Source of the DNA: Amoebidium appalachense
Lineage: Eukaryota; Protista; Ichthyosporea
Assembly: GCA_963693365.1 (NCBI GenBank)
Contig: CAVNZM010000002.1
Location: forward strand, 5,844,259 to 5,908,258
Length of the DNA stretch: 64,000 nucleotides
Direction of reading: 5' to 3'
Part shown: piece by piece, positions 49,638-62,869 of the stretch
How the letters are laid out: each line of letters begins with the position of its first letter
Position numbering within the stretch: position 1 is the stretch's first letter
Position numbers and translations under genes: made by a program
Notes under the pieces: model-generated
The model's database searches: none
Told to the model about the DNA's origin: nothing
Seen by the model: the letters and a program-made list of their open reading frames with translations, nothing else

Positions 49638-50444
49638 AGGGAGGGAGGGAGGGGGACAGAGTGAAGGAGAGAGCCTCGGAGAGAGAAGATTTCATCAGGG
49701 CCACCCATCACAGGGTCTACGACTCGTAGCACCATAAAGGTCTCGAGCTTGCCGTCGACCAGTTGCAGATATCCGACCGTCGCAACTCTCGTAGTGAAGG
49801 TGGCGAACCGTGAAGCCATGGCATCAAAGAGAGTTGCTGTGTCCTGGTGCGCGAGGCGGTCCAGCCATTTCGCGCGCATGTCGATATCCGCTACCAAGGA
49901 TTCGTACGCCTCTTTGTAAGCAGCCGGCACGAAAGCTTCCATCTTGCATTTGGCCTCCCACGTCGAAACGAGCCATTTGTGCGCGTACTTGTGTGCCTCC
50001 GTGATCATGGCGCAACCACACTCGATGTCTGGAGTATTCGCTGGGTCCTTTGCTTTCTCGCACCAGGACAGCACTTCCACGGCCTTACACATGTATAGGT
50101 TCATTACAAAGTTCTCGAAATCGACGATGGAGCACTCGGGTGCCGCCAAGCAGGTTGCGCTTACTGCAGGGGGTTCTCGATACCGTTGAGGTGCTTGAGC
50201 CCAAAGAAGTCGACCAGTTGAGCCGCCAACAAATAAGTGCTTACACCTCCGCGCTCGTCGCTCAAGAAAGGGAGGGAGATGGTGTTGGAGGGAAGGTGCT
50301 CTGTCATTTCATGGGGTAGCGTGTATGTCCAGTTAACGACTTTCGCATTGTTGTTGTCGACTGTACACCAAACATTGTGAGCCAAAAAGCTGTAAAATTC
50401 AACCATAAAGGCCGGATTTTGTTCTTGGGCACTTCAAACGACAT
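46265..50444 (-). pseudogene. Decayed protein-coding gene(s) of unknown function
   Basis: Coding-like blocks at 50444-49700 (two frameshifts), ~49320-49245, ~48990-48840, ~48725-48672, ~48473-48313, ~47910-47663, ~47195-47049 and ~46595-46265. Several have AG/GT boundaries but contain in-frame TAA/TAG/TGA. Whether they form one gene is uncertain. Confidence 0.5.
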
Positions 50445-51853
50445 GGCTGCGAATGGGGTGCTGGCCGGTGATAACGAGTTTTGTAGCGCACAACTGAACT
50501 GTGTAAAGAGCATGCAATTATTTGTTGAACGCGGATCTCACAATTCACTCAAGAACCTGGTTCACATTTGTTTAGAAAAAAAGTTAACAACAAACAATTA
50601 GAGGTAAGATGCCCAAAAATTGGACAATGAGTCTAAAAAATATAGACACCACTGTTAAAGTTATGATAAAGGTAAGTAAAATGCCCCAAAACCTGGACAG
50701 TGTCATTACCAAACGTCAATATTGATCAATATGCTTCTGTCCTTGTGCCCTGGCGAAGCGACTTGAGAGGCTAGCATGGCACACAACCAGCTTAGTCACA
50801 TGCACCGAAAAGTCTGATTCATATAAAACGTTCAAACGATTTTAAGAACTTTTGCGTTTTCACATGCTGGCTACAAAGTGAGAACTTTTGGAGACTGTCC
50901 GAAGACCGAAAGAACCCGACCGACTGGCTGACGTCAGCAGAATGCCTGCAGCTTCCATTTATGGCAGGTAAAACCCTCAAGACTGACGGGGTCTGAAATC
51001 AAGAATCTACGTGTTTTTTTTACTTTAATAGTTTTACGTCAACGTGGAACGTGGAACACTTTTTTCCAAATACCTTCACATATTTGGAATATTAAATCCA
51101 AAAGAAAACTTTATAAGCAGCTACAGACCCAGGGCTGCACGCATCTAGTATTCCTGTAAATTGTAATCATTGTAGAAAATTTAAAAAATTCAAGTTTGTG
51201 GGTCTGGCGAGGAAATCGTTTCCGAAATAATTACCTTGGAGAGCAAAGCAAATAGGCGTAACAAAAGACCCAGATCTAAGCACTTAATACATTTCACGTT
51301 CTTTTTTGGTACTAGTTTTATATTAAACAATTAGTTTCATAAGCCGCTCATTTTGCCTACCCCCCTTAATGAATACACACAAACTTGCACTCTCATTTTA
51401 GCATATCTGCCACCACCCACTGCCGCGCTCCAAAGCCTGATACCATTTTACCCAATCAGAAATTTAAGTGCAGCGATTTGGCCCGGAACGCATCAGCCAG
51501 CCATGCTTTCAGTTTCAGCAGCCGACCGAGTTTATGAGGCCACATGAGCGCACACAGATTCCCGCATCCATGTGTAGGGTAGTGTCTGGTTGGTAAAATT
51601 GATGCAAAGGTCGGCCATGCTGGCAGTCATGTGCACGAAGGCACACCGAACACCTACATCTGTAGATGTTGATGTGCATACACACTGCTGTTAACGTTAA
51701 GTGGACGTACGCGCATGCCAGGGCAGAGAATCGTTTGTCTTTTTAAGGTACTTATACAGTTTAATAAAAAGCTCGGTATATTAGGGGTTTTGGAGGATCT
51801 CTTGGTACTCCCTCTGCGCAGAATCCGGAGCCTCATCACAACAGACTCGAGCA

Positions 51854-53350
51854 GTGCCCAAAGAAGGTATACCGGTGATTGCGGCGCCGCAAGCACACAC
51901 CATGTTTTCTCTCTTCCAGGCAGCCGGCCAACTGGCACTTAACACGGTGCCCAAAGGCCAACCTCCCTGCACGCTGCAGGTGCACAATGGACCAAGTGGG
52001 CCCCCAGTGTTCTGCGCCAGCACGCTGCATGCGGCCATCACGGATGCCTACCATATGGGCATCACCCATCCGGCCATCACCATCAACGGCAACATCACCG
52101 CCACCGACCCCGAGATCCTCCTCACAGGCCCCCTCACCTTGCAGGGCCCCACGTCAGGCCCAGCACCCACTGTGCACGTGGCCACCGACACGGAGGATAG
52201 CGGGCTGCTGCGTGTGATGGGCGGCAGGGAGGACAGGCGCAGTGTGCACATACAGGGCATCAACTGGCTGGGTGTGGGGCGCTGGGGCACGCTGCTGCGC
52301 ACGGCCGAGCTGGGCAATGACGACCACATCAACCAAACGACACTGGAGAACTCTCCTGCCGTCGACCTGGCCATTGATGGTTGTCGCTTTGAAGGCTTAA
52401 AGACACTGGCAAGAGGTGGCGCTGTTGTGTTTGTGGGGAACTTGGGTGAGCTGAGCGTAAAGAACAGCGTGTTCCAGAACACAGTGGTCGAGTTCGACAC
52501 CCGCTACCAGACGAGGTGGGACGGCGGCGGAGTGCTGTGGTTTGTGGAGCAGGTGGGGAACGCTGTGTTTGAGAACACGGTGTTCCGCAGCAACGAGCAC
52601 CGCTACCTCCACGCAAAGGGGGGCTGTGTGCACATTATGCGAAAGGAGAGGGACATCACGTTTGCAAACTGTGAGTTCACAAACAACAGGGGTGCTAGCG
52701 GTGCGGCGCTGTACGTGGGGGCACTGATGGGGGGCACGGTGACTGTGGAGGACAGCTGCCGGTTCACTGACAACAGCAACTCGCTGCTGCCCGAGGACAT
52801 ATGGGGCAACCCTTCAGGGGGTGTGTTCAGCCTGCAGTTCCTGTATGGGCCGTCAAGTACTGTGCGCATTGGGGGCACATACAACAACAACAGCTCACCG
52901 TTTGGGCGGGGGGCTGTGTTCAGCAGCAACCGGCTGGAGGGAACGGTGCTGGACATAGCGGGCAGATTCACAAACAACTGGGCCCAGGCTGGGGGTGTGT
53001 TCAGTGTGGGCCGGTGGCTGGGCAAGGACAGCCGGCTGAAGGTGCGGGCAGGCACTGTGTCTGAAGGCTACTTCAACGGGACCATGGTGTGGGACAATAG
53101 AACAGAGGGCAGTGAGCACTGGGTATTGGCTGCACGTGCACCACTGGACGTGTTTGTGCGCCTGGGGCCAGAGGAGCCCGGCACACCGCCCTGCCCCAAA
53201 ATCAGCAAGCGGCTGGTGGTCAGCCATGCACAGGCAAAGGCGGGAATAGACAAGGCCTGTGAGATGGTCTGCACCCCCCCACCTGCTGCCCCTGAGCCCG
53301 ACAGCGAGGGAATGGACAAGAGTGGGGCTAGTGAGCGCAGTCTTGCATAA
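51854..53350 (+). CDS. Right-handed beta-helix (pectin-lyase fold, Pmp-like repeat) protein; true start uncertain
   Basis: 498-codon open frame with alternating GGAVVF, GGGVLW, GGCVHI, GAALYV, GGVFSL, GAVFS, GGVFSV and FRSN, FTNN, FTDN, YNNN motifs. A possible short intron at 51867-51919 would change the N-terminus. Confidence 0.75.
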   Translation: MPKEGIPVIAAPQAHTMFSLFQAAGQLALNTVPKGQPPCTLQVHNGPSGPPVFCASTLHAAITDAYHMGITHPAITINGNITATDPEILLTGPLTLQGPTSGPAPTVHVATDTEDSGLLRVMGGREDRRSVHIQGINWLGVGRWGTLLRTAELGNDDHINQTTLENSPAVDLAIDGCRFEGLKTLARGGAVVFVGNLGELSVKNSVFQNTVVEFDTRYQTRWDGGGVLWFVEQVGNAVFENTVFRSNEHRYLHAKGGCVHIMRKERDITFANCEFTNNRGASGAALYVGALMGGTVTVEDSCRFTDNSNSLLPEDIWGNPSGGVFSLQFLYGPSSTVRIGGTYNNNSSPFGRGAVFSSNRLEGTVLDIAGRFTNNWAQAGGVFSVGRWLGKDSRLKVRAGTVSEGYFNGTMVWDNRTEGSEHWVLAARAPLDVFVRLGPEEPGTPPCPKISKRLVVSHAQAKAGIDKACEMVCTPPPAAPEPDSEGMDKSGASERSLA

Positions 53351-54217
53351 TATGGGCCTTTGGTGGCACTGGGTGTGGCTTAGTGAGGGTTGGAACGGAC
53401 AGGGTCAGAGCGAAAGTTGCAATTGTGATATTCAATAAACTTGGGGGTGCATATAGATGTAGATTGTGTGAGAGGGTAGAATTCACCGATACATGGGAAG
53501 CACAACGAGCACGTGCACACTGTACACAACACCGAGTGTTACACAGTGCAGCACAACTGACACCCCAAATGAACATACACACACAATGCACATGAACCCC
53601 GTGGCCACTCAATCACCTCCATCACTAACATACCAGGGCCGGCGTGCGCACACCACACACACACCATAGCACTGCACACAATACACACATATTACCCACA
53701 CACACATGCACACATGCACACACGCACACATGCACACGCACACACAACACACACACGGTTACGAGATCATATGCAGATACCACAACCATCACGAATTTGT
53801 CATGCTAGTACAAGACATTGTGTTCCCCTCACTCGGAGTCCGGAGAATAAAGTAGCACCGTATGATGCTGTAGCCAAATCTAGTTATAGATTTCTATTTT
53901 TTTTAACACGTTTTTGATGTTTTTTCCTTTTTTGCATACCGTGGATGGACATATAGTGCAAATCATTTTGTACGTTTTATCAACAATATCACTCAGATTG
54001 ATGTGCTGGTAGAAAAACGAATCAAAGAAAACAATGGCAACGTTATTTTTATGTATTTCAACAGAGTCCTGTGAGCGCCTGGTGCCGTTAAATCGGGCCA
54101 TGGGCACAATTTCCGACAACTTGCAGGGCCCGTCCACACAGAAGATTCCATCTGCTAAAATTCTGCTGAAATTTAAAAATCCGTTTACGGGATTCATGCA
54201 GGGATATTCTTCTAGCA

Positions 54218-54250
<33 letters not shown>

Positions 54251-54971
54251 CACCCCTGTCGTCCCCGTACGTGTTAAATTTCAATTCAGGGTAGAATTCC
54301 GCACAACACCATACCGTGCATCGCTCTCCAAACAACTTAGAGCCTATCTATGTATAGCTCTACCATAACAAAAACCAACACAAGAAACGCTCCCACGACT
54401 CACATTGGTTATTGGGTTCGGGTCCGTACTTCGCCAATAGGAAGTCCTGTGCTGAACCAATCATATTAATGCCCTGTATGGACCAATCAGACTGTCGTGG
54501 CTATTATTAGTAAGCCTATCGGGATTCCCTGTTCACATCGGGAATCAGGCTGGTCTCCGGCCAAATGTGAGACCCTCCCTGCAGAAGGCGTTCATACTGT
54601 ACAACATGTGAGGCCTCCGTCTTTGCTGTCTGTGTAATAAAATGCAACCTTCACATGTGACTCCGGTCCTGTACTAAAGTTTTACTACACACACACACAC
54701 ACACACACACGCGCGCACGCGCGCGCGCGCGCACACACACACACTGCACAGCAGCCTTGGGTGAACATCAAATGCACATTCTCCTTTCCTCTCTCCTTTC
54801 CGTCCTTCCTTCCTTTCCCCAGGCTGGTACTCCTCTCTAAGCTTGGTCCTTTGCTCCCCTCTCTCCCTCCCCCCCTCCCCCCCCCCCCCCCCCCTCCTCT
54901 CTCTCTTCGCTTGCCCCCCCCCTCCCCCCCCCTACTCCCTCCCATAAAAAAAAAACCCGTATCCCCCCCCC

Positions 54972-55003
<32 letters not shown>

Positions 55004-55017
55004 TCTCCCCCTCCGCC

Positions 55018-55069
<52 letters not shown>

Positions 55070-55263
55070 AAAAAAAAAAAAAAAACTATATCATGACACA
55101 CACGATCGCCCTCTCCCAATCCATCTCCGGCCACCCAGCCCTCCCCCCCCCCCCCCCCCCCCTTTCTTGCCTCCCTTCCCTCCCCCTCCCTCCCTTCCCC
55201 CCCCCTCTCCTTCCGGCCCCCTCCCCCCGTTCCCCCCCACCCTTTCTTGCTCCCCCCCCCCTC

Positions 55264-55429
<166 letters not shown>

Positions 55430-56699
55430 GTAACACACACACACACAAGATCATGGTGGCGACCATCACTTCCGGCTCCAATTTTTATTCCAAATTCCAT
55501 TTGTCCAATCCCCCTTTCCCCCTTTCCCCCTTTTTAAGTACCCCTCCTCAAGGCTTCCAAGCGCTGTACTAGGGTAAAATGGTAATGAGGAGATGAAAGC
55601 TCAGTCTCAGAAACAACACCAGTGCTGCTGATTAAGTGCATGTGTGCTGTGTTGTTTCCGCCAACACATGCACACAATTGTGCAGTCAGAACACTCATAA
55701 CACGGGTTCATTGCACCTACACCATGTGCAAACATAGGACTTAATACTATAGGAGGTGTTGGCATGCATATTAAAATGTGCTGAATAAAGAATAAGCCCC
55801 GCCCACCTGAGCAGTCATCTTGTATCGGTCACAAAACTGTATCCAATGAACTGATTTGATTGATGTTAACAATGTGCTCATCGAGTAAAACCCTAACGTG
55901 CACACACCTAGGCCTACAGTCATACATTGAGATCATGAATGGTTCCAGTGAGTAATTGCACACGTGCGCACACCTACAGCCACTCTTTCAAACATAAGCA
56001 CTTATCGCAAATATACCCCATGCACTCATCAGATTCTTCCTCCAAATTCATCAATCCCGCACCTTCGAATCTCCCCCCCCCCCCCCCTCCCCCCCCCCCC
56101 TCCCTCCCCCAGGTCCCCCCCTCCCTCCCTCTTTTAGTTGTTGCTCCTTGTGCAGTAACCTGACCTCCCTCTGCTCTTTTCTTCCTTTGTAGCGGTGATG
56201 GGTGGATGGGTGTCGGGGAAGTTACGTGAGCTAATGTGCAGTAAGAGGGAGAGGGGGGGGGGGGGGGGGGAGGGGGGGAGGGGGGGGAGGGAAGGGATGT
56301 AAAATACGTTGCCTGAGCTCAAGGCCCATATTCACAACGGACGAGACAATGCAGATTCGCAATGCACAACATGTTTAGTGCATGCTACATGAGAGAGAGT
56401 CCATCCTTTTGTGAGTGGGTGTATGTGTGGGTGTGTGCGTGTGTGGTGTAGGTGTGTGGGTGTGTGGGTGGTGATGGTGGTGGGGGGGGAGGGTGGGTGG
56501 GGTGGGGTGGGTTGGTGGGTGGGTGGGGGGGGGGGGGGGGGGGGGGGAGGGGGGGGGGGGGAACAGATGTGAGGTTCTCAATTGCATTTCTGTGTACACC
56601 TAGCACAATGCGTATAAATGCATCGCTTTTTACAGTTTCACGTACACTTCACATACACAAGTCACTTTAGAAATGCATCACCATTTCCCCCTTTCACAT

Positions 56700-56992
56700 A
56701 CACACTGCACAGAAATAATTTGTTACATCACATTTTCAGTGACCCTTTCACATACATTGCACAAAATATATCATTTTTACCTTTCATTTACACTGCCCTA
56801 GAACCACATGACCTTTTGCAGCTTAACATACACCGGACTCGGTGAACGTGAAAAAGGGTTTTCTTTTTACATAAACTGTACAAAAGTTACTTTTGTAAAC
56901 ACTGCACAGAAATCACTTTTGAACCTTTTTTAGACACTGCACAGAAATCACTTTTGAACCTTTTTTTATACACTGCATAGAAATCACGTTTG
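56700..56992. repeat. Degenerate ~33-35 bp tandem repeat
   Basis: cactgcacagaaatcacttttgaacctttttt three times at 56900-56992, with weaker copies upstream. Confidence 0.75.
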
Positions 56993-57212
56993 AATTAAGC
57001 CCCTTTTACATGTCGATAACCCGTATGTCCCATACACCTTCATTCGCACCTGCATCCAACCAAACCCCTCTCATATAATGAACTCTCCAAAGCAGCTGTT
57101 AGGGTCATGTCTTGGTGCCGTGCATTCAACTGTTACTCTGCAATTAGCAATTAGGAAGTTATATGCTCATTCGATTAGGTCATTCGTTTGGGCCCATTTG
57201 ATTGGGCGATTA

Positions 57213-58844
57213 TCATCCGCGGTGGGCATTAATGGCGCTATACAGGGCATCGGTGTGGCGGGTGGCAATGACCTTGGTGTTGTACGACCCACACGGCAGG
57301 CACTGGGGGGCCAAAAGCGTCAGCATGCAGCTATAATTAGAAACATGTGCCTATATTTAGATCCGTGCAGTTGTAAGTAGTACTATGCGGCTATGTACGA
57401 AATTCTTTAATATAAATATACCGGACCAGTTATAAATAGAACCACGCGATGTAAATAGAACCGGAAGGCTGAATAAGAGACCCGTACATACATAAATGGG
57501 TCTTCCCAAGAGAATAAGCAGGTATTTAAAACATAATCAGTTATTAATAGAAGCACACAGATATGGATAGAACTAACTTATAATGATAAGAGAACCATGC
57601 AGATAATAAATTATTTGTCCAAGTTGGCAATATAACAAAGAAAGACGGAAAAAGTAAATTAGGTTGAATGCATACCTTGTGGTACGTGAAGTGGAAGGGC
57701 ACGTCAGATCGCTGTTCACAGTCGTTGCACAGAATCGTCGATACAGAGTCTGTGCACACAGTCAGCACACACAAACCATCCATTGATTACGAATTGAATT
57801 GAATTCAACCCCACCATCTTCAAGGTACCCCGGAGCCTCAATATCTGCTAAATATTCCCCGATGTAAAGATTTACATGTTATCCTACCTGCCTTCAACTC
57901 CCCCCCCCCCCCCCCCCCCCCCGCGCATATCCTGCTTGTGTTCCTATTATCATGCCATGTACTGTACCCACACACTACTCTAACAAGCACTGAGCGCACA
58001 CATAGCTCGGGTCACAGTTACTCATAAAACGTACATACGCAAGACACGATTGCCAGCACCAGAGCACAGCCCCACCCTTCCACCCACTCAAATGCTCTCC
58101 CCCCCCCCCCCCCCCCCCATCCCTCCCCATCCCCACCCCCCCATCCCCTCACCCTTTCCTCCCCTCCTCCCCCCCCCACACCCACTCACCGACCAACCCA
58201 CCCATCCGTTAACGTACCCACACCCACACTCACACACACGCACACACACCCGCGCACACACACTCACCCTTGTACTCTGGGGGCATGGGCTGCTGCGCGA
58301 CATACAGGTCGATCTTTTTGAAATAGTCTTCCATGTTGCCTAGGGACTGCACAGGCGGGGAGGGGGGGAGGGGGGGGGGGGGAGGAAGTGTTATTATTGG
58401 ACGAGAGAGGTGTGCATAGGATAGATAATGAATATCTAGGGGATGTAGTGGTGTAAAAGGACGGGGGGCTCGTTTGGCTTTTTGTTGGTTTTTTTCCCAT
58501 TTGTTTTTCTTCATTTTTCTTGTCGCGGCCAAGGGAGGGGGAGGGGGGGGGGGGGGGGGGGGGGGAGGGGGAAGGGGGGGGGGGGGGGGGGGGGGGGCAT
58601 GTGTGTTCCGGGGTTGTTTGTGGTTCATCTACAATCTGAAATGGGGAATCGTAGATACAGCCTTTTCAGCCGATGGACATAGGTGGGACACATGAGGTGG
58701 TAGTGGTGGGGCTATTGGTGGGGGAGGGCCGGGGGGGGGAGGGGAGGGGGGGGGGGGGGGGGGGGGAGGAAAGAGAGAGAGAGTGGACACGTGTCAGACA
58801 CGTGTGGTGCTGGTGCTGGTGGGGGTGGTGTTTTTTTTTCTTGG

Positions 58845-58889
<45 letters not shown>

Positions 58890-60297
58890 GGGGGGGGGGG
58901 GGGGGGTTGGTGATTATGTGTGTGTTTTATAGAGGAAGGGGGGAGGGGGGAGGACGGGGATTGGTACCTTAAGGCAGATGGGGCACTGGTATGAGCTGCG
59001 GATGTGTCGTTTGTAGCAGCAGTGGTGGATGCAGTGCCCGCAGCGCTATAAATAGACCAGTAAGCCCCAAATGCACCAGTCCATCTACCTATCTGCCAAT
59101 CACTCATCTTCGTGCATTCTTTTACACTCTCCCCTTCCCCCCCCTCCCTCCCCCCCCCTCCAACGCGAGCCCTCCACCCACCCACCAATTCACAAATCCC
59201 ACAAACCACACACAAACCTCATCCACGGTTACATTCAAGCCACGCATCCCACTCACACATTGAGTCCAACCATCCAAACACATATTTCCACCGCTTGCAT
59301 ACATTTCGAGCCCACCCACCCCCACCTACCACTAACCCACCCACTCATACCACCACATGCACACCCACCCACCCACATTCCTCACCCATTCAAGCACCAT
59401 AAACACACGACTGTTGCCATTATTGAACATATGCACACCTACCATAAATATGATTGTAGCGGTGCTGGTGAACATGTACTCGGAGCATATGGGGCAGTTG
59501 CTCTCCAGGTTCCTCTCGATGCACTTGTGCCTGCCCTGCAGGGTCAGGGCCATGCACACGTTGCAAGTAGTGCAGTGGAAGTAGTCCTTGCCCAGGCCCT
59601 CGCCTATGCGGCACAGCCCACAGTCGCTGCAGTGGTAAATCTTCTTGCTGCCGTCATCGTCCCACAAATTACACACCCCGCAGTGGTACCGCGCCATGCT
59701 CTTTCCACAACCTGCGCGCCGGCACTGTGGCCCTGCCGCCTGGGCCAAACCGCAGTGCATGCAGGCCATCTCTTTGACCTGTAAAGTGATCGGGTCAGTA
59801 ACGGGCCGGGCAACCCCTCCTTTTCGGCCCGGGCCGGACCACCCACCTGGTAACGGTCCATCTTATGGTCCTGGGCCTCGTCGTGGCACAGCCGGCAGAC
59901 ATACCAGCCCCCACAGCACGGCGCCTTGACCTGCACCCCCATCAAAGTTACTCCTTGTGCCCCCTGCCCCCCCCCCCCCCCCCCCCCTTCCTACTCCCTC
60001 ATTCATCCCGCCCCCCTCCCCCTCCCCTCCCCCCTCTTCCCCGTTCCTCCTCCTTCCTCCCCCCTTGTCCGCCGCCCCCCCCCCCCCCCCCCCCCCCTCC
60101 CTCCTATTTCCTCACCCCCCCACCACCACGTGCCATACCTTGTTTGCACGTGCATAGTGCTTGCAGCCCAGCTGGCCCTCAGAGCGGTAGCACGGCCCAT
60201 GCTCACTTTCAGACGGGACCTCGGGGGTGGGCTTTGGCTCTTTGCCGCGTGAATCCACCCAGTTGCGCATCATCAGCTCCTGGGGAGGGTAGGGAGG

Positions 60298-60364
<67 letters not shown>

Positions 60365-61664
60365 TGTGTGTTTTGGGGGTGGGGAGGGGGAGGGAGGGGG
60401 ACAGGGGGGGGGGGGGGGGAGAGGAAGGAGGAGGGGGAGGGGTAAATAAGTTGCTAGGCCAGATAGATGCTTCCCACTACAGGTGTGATATGTGATGTAT
60501 TTTTTTTAGGATACTTGTTTAGTGAGGGCACTGTTCTTCAGAGAATGTGTGTGTGTGTGTGTTTTCTCGGCGGGGAGGGGGGAGGGAGGGAGGGAGGGGG
60601 GGGAGATAGCAGTTCAACGCTGCTTCTTTCTGTACTGCAACGTTTTGTAATGCAACATGTCTGCGCCCGTAGTCCGAGGTGGGTGTTGTGTGTGTGTGTT
60701 TGTGTGTGTATGTGTGGGGGGAGGGGGGGGGGGGGGAGGGGGGGGGGAGGGGCTATAATCGCGTGAGTGCTCACCTATACCGTATGTATTGGTTATGTAT
60801 ATCACCCGTTTGATTGCTACATATGTGGATGCAATGTGTTTATGAACTCACATGTGTGCTTGTGCGTGCGCGCATCATGATCCTTGTTGGTAGTAAAGGT
60901 GTACAGCCTCACCGTGTGGACTCTGAGAATATGCGAAAGTGCGGCACGTGCCTAGGGTGCGGCGAACACAAATTACTACGCCATGACCACGTGTCTGAAT
61001 AAAACATGTGCATGTAGACACAAGGTGCGTTCTATTGCTCGTCATACGTGTGCATAACAAGGCTGCTGCACCGTTTATCCGTGTACTAAATTGGTCGTGT
61101 GGTAAGTAGGGTGTATGTGCAATATGATGCGCCATTCACAAGGTGAGTAGAATACTACCACTTCCAAATCTCCTGCTCTGCACGAACGACTGCACGGAAC
61201 CACCTCTAAAAATGGTATATAATGGCGTAGTTACACTTTTGGCGTATTTTGTCAGAGTCCTCAGAAAGCAGTTGTGCTTGTGCAAACCTTTGTCTGTAAT
61301 TCGCTTACTACTCCCAAATCATTAACCTCCCACCTACTGAGTGCTTCGATAAATTTGCCAGCAACAGCTTCCTTTTGTATGTGTGCGGGCATTTAGAGCA
61401 CATGCGCCCACATGCACATGTAGTTGCTTGTTATTCCTATTTATTGCACGTCTCTGTTTACCCGGGTCATGCACAAGCAAACACAATGCAAATGCTGCAA
61501 GCTTCCACAGCCACCACATACACGAGCACGAACTATGCCTCGACATCCGCCTTCTCTCCACGCGCACCACCCACCTGTGTTTTGCGCGTCTTCTCTATGG
61601 GCGTTAGGCTGGGGTCGCCTTGGATTTTGAATATGAGACTGCGAAGTTGCTGCTGGTCAAGCAT
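57213..61664 (-). CDS. RCHY1: CHY zinc finger and RING E3 ligase (RCHY1/Pirh2)
   Basis: Exons 61664-61575, 60279-60139, 59930-59847, 59778-59443, 59045-58968, 58346-58268, 57749-57676, 57302-57213, all phase-compatible. Motifs GCKHYAR.NKVKAPCC..WYVCRLCHD, YHCSDCGLCRIG, CPICSEYMF, CGHCIH, CPICLKS, PMPPEY, ILCNDC..S.VPFH..YHKC..CGSYNT. Confidence 0.95.
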
Positions 61665-62869
61665 GGTGGTGGGTGGTTGAAGAAAAACAATCAGAGAGGG
61701 AGGCAGAGACCAAGAACATAAATAGGCTTCTCGAAGATTAGTGTGCTTGCCCCACTATTGTACCTAGATGTGTTACGCGTAATTCCACTTGTGTTTGGTG
61801 TGAGTTTCTGCCTTGAGTGCATGGACAACCGGGTGGTTGGGGCAAGGCAAAAGGTGGGGCACACAAACATAACAGACTGTCCGGCTCACTGCGTGCACAC
61901 AACAGAAAAGGGCGGCTGGCCAGCCAGGGTGCTGCGTTATGATTGGCTGTAGAGAGGAGTGCAGAATTTAGTCACAGTTCTAACGAAACGGCTGGGTCGT
62001 AGACTCTTTGTAAATCTTGCTATATTCCTTTTGACAACAAAACTTGTAACAAAACAGTGTATATAATATATACGATTATGCCAAAATATATTCTCTATTA
62101 TCCATGTAGTGTTAAAAAATTGCTACAAAACTGTCGACACTGCCAAGAGCCATGTGAAGGTTACTGATTGGCTACAGCTGAAAAGCATCATATGTCTGAT
62201 TGGTTTACCTAAGCTCCTTTCCACATTACCAACCAATCGTTTCCGGGGATCTGACGTCTCCCGTGACTCCGGAATCCGCCAGCTCCCAGAACCCGGGCCA
62301 GCTGCAGGGTTCGAAGGACGGTGGAGCCCATTAACGGAAGTCGAAATCCCGTTTCGGAAAACCTCTTCGAAAATCGGAATGCTCCGTCGGAGCAGGCCCA
62401 CCAAAAATCGTAATGGTCGCGCATCAGTAAAATAGGGCATGCTTCTTTGTGCCTATATTGCATCAAAATGTAATTATAATGCATACTCAAAAACCCCTGT
62501 GGTTATTAGAGGCCTTCCTGGTGTTGGCAGTTGAAGCTTTGAAGGAATAAAAGGGAAATATCAGTGGAAGTGCATTAACGCGTACGCACAATACATATAT
62601 ATATTCATTTTGTCTACGTATATACGTACGGTCACGTCCTCTTACACATATGTGCGGCAGTGCCAGTGTATATGAGGATATATACTATGTGTGAATATGT
62701 ATCTAGTTCCTGTGTGTGTCACTGTGTCCGTGGCCTTATTTTTGCCCAGTGCACGCATTTTCTTTTATTTGATGAACATGATCATGAATCATGTACATGT
62801 TTCTAGTCGAGGTATTAGTTTAGTGCAATTTGTGCCTTCCCCGATTCGGATTGGGTCCGTGAACCAGCC

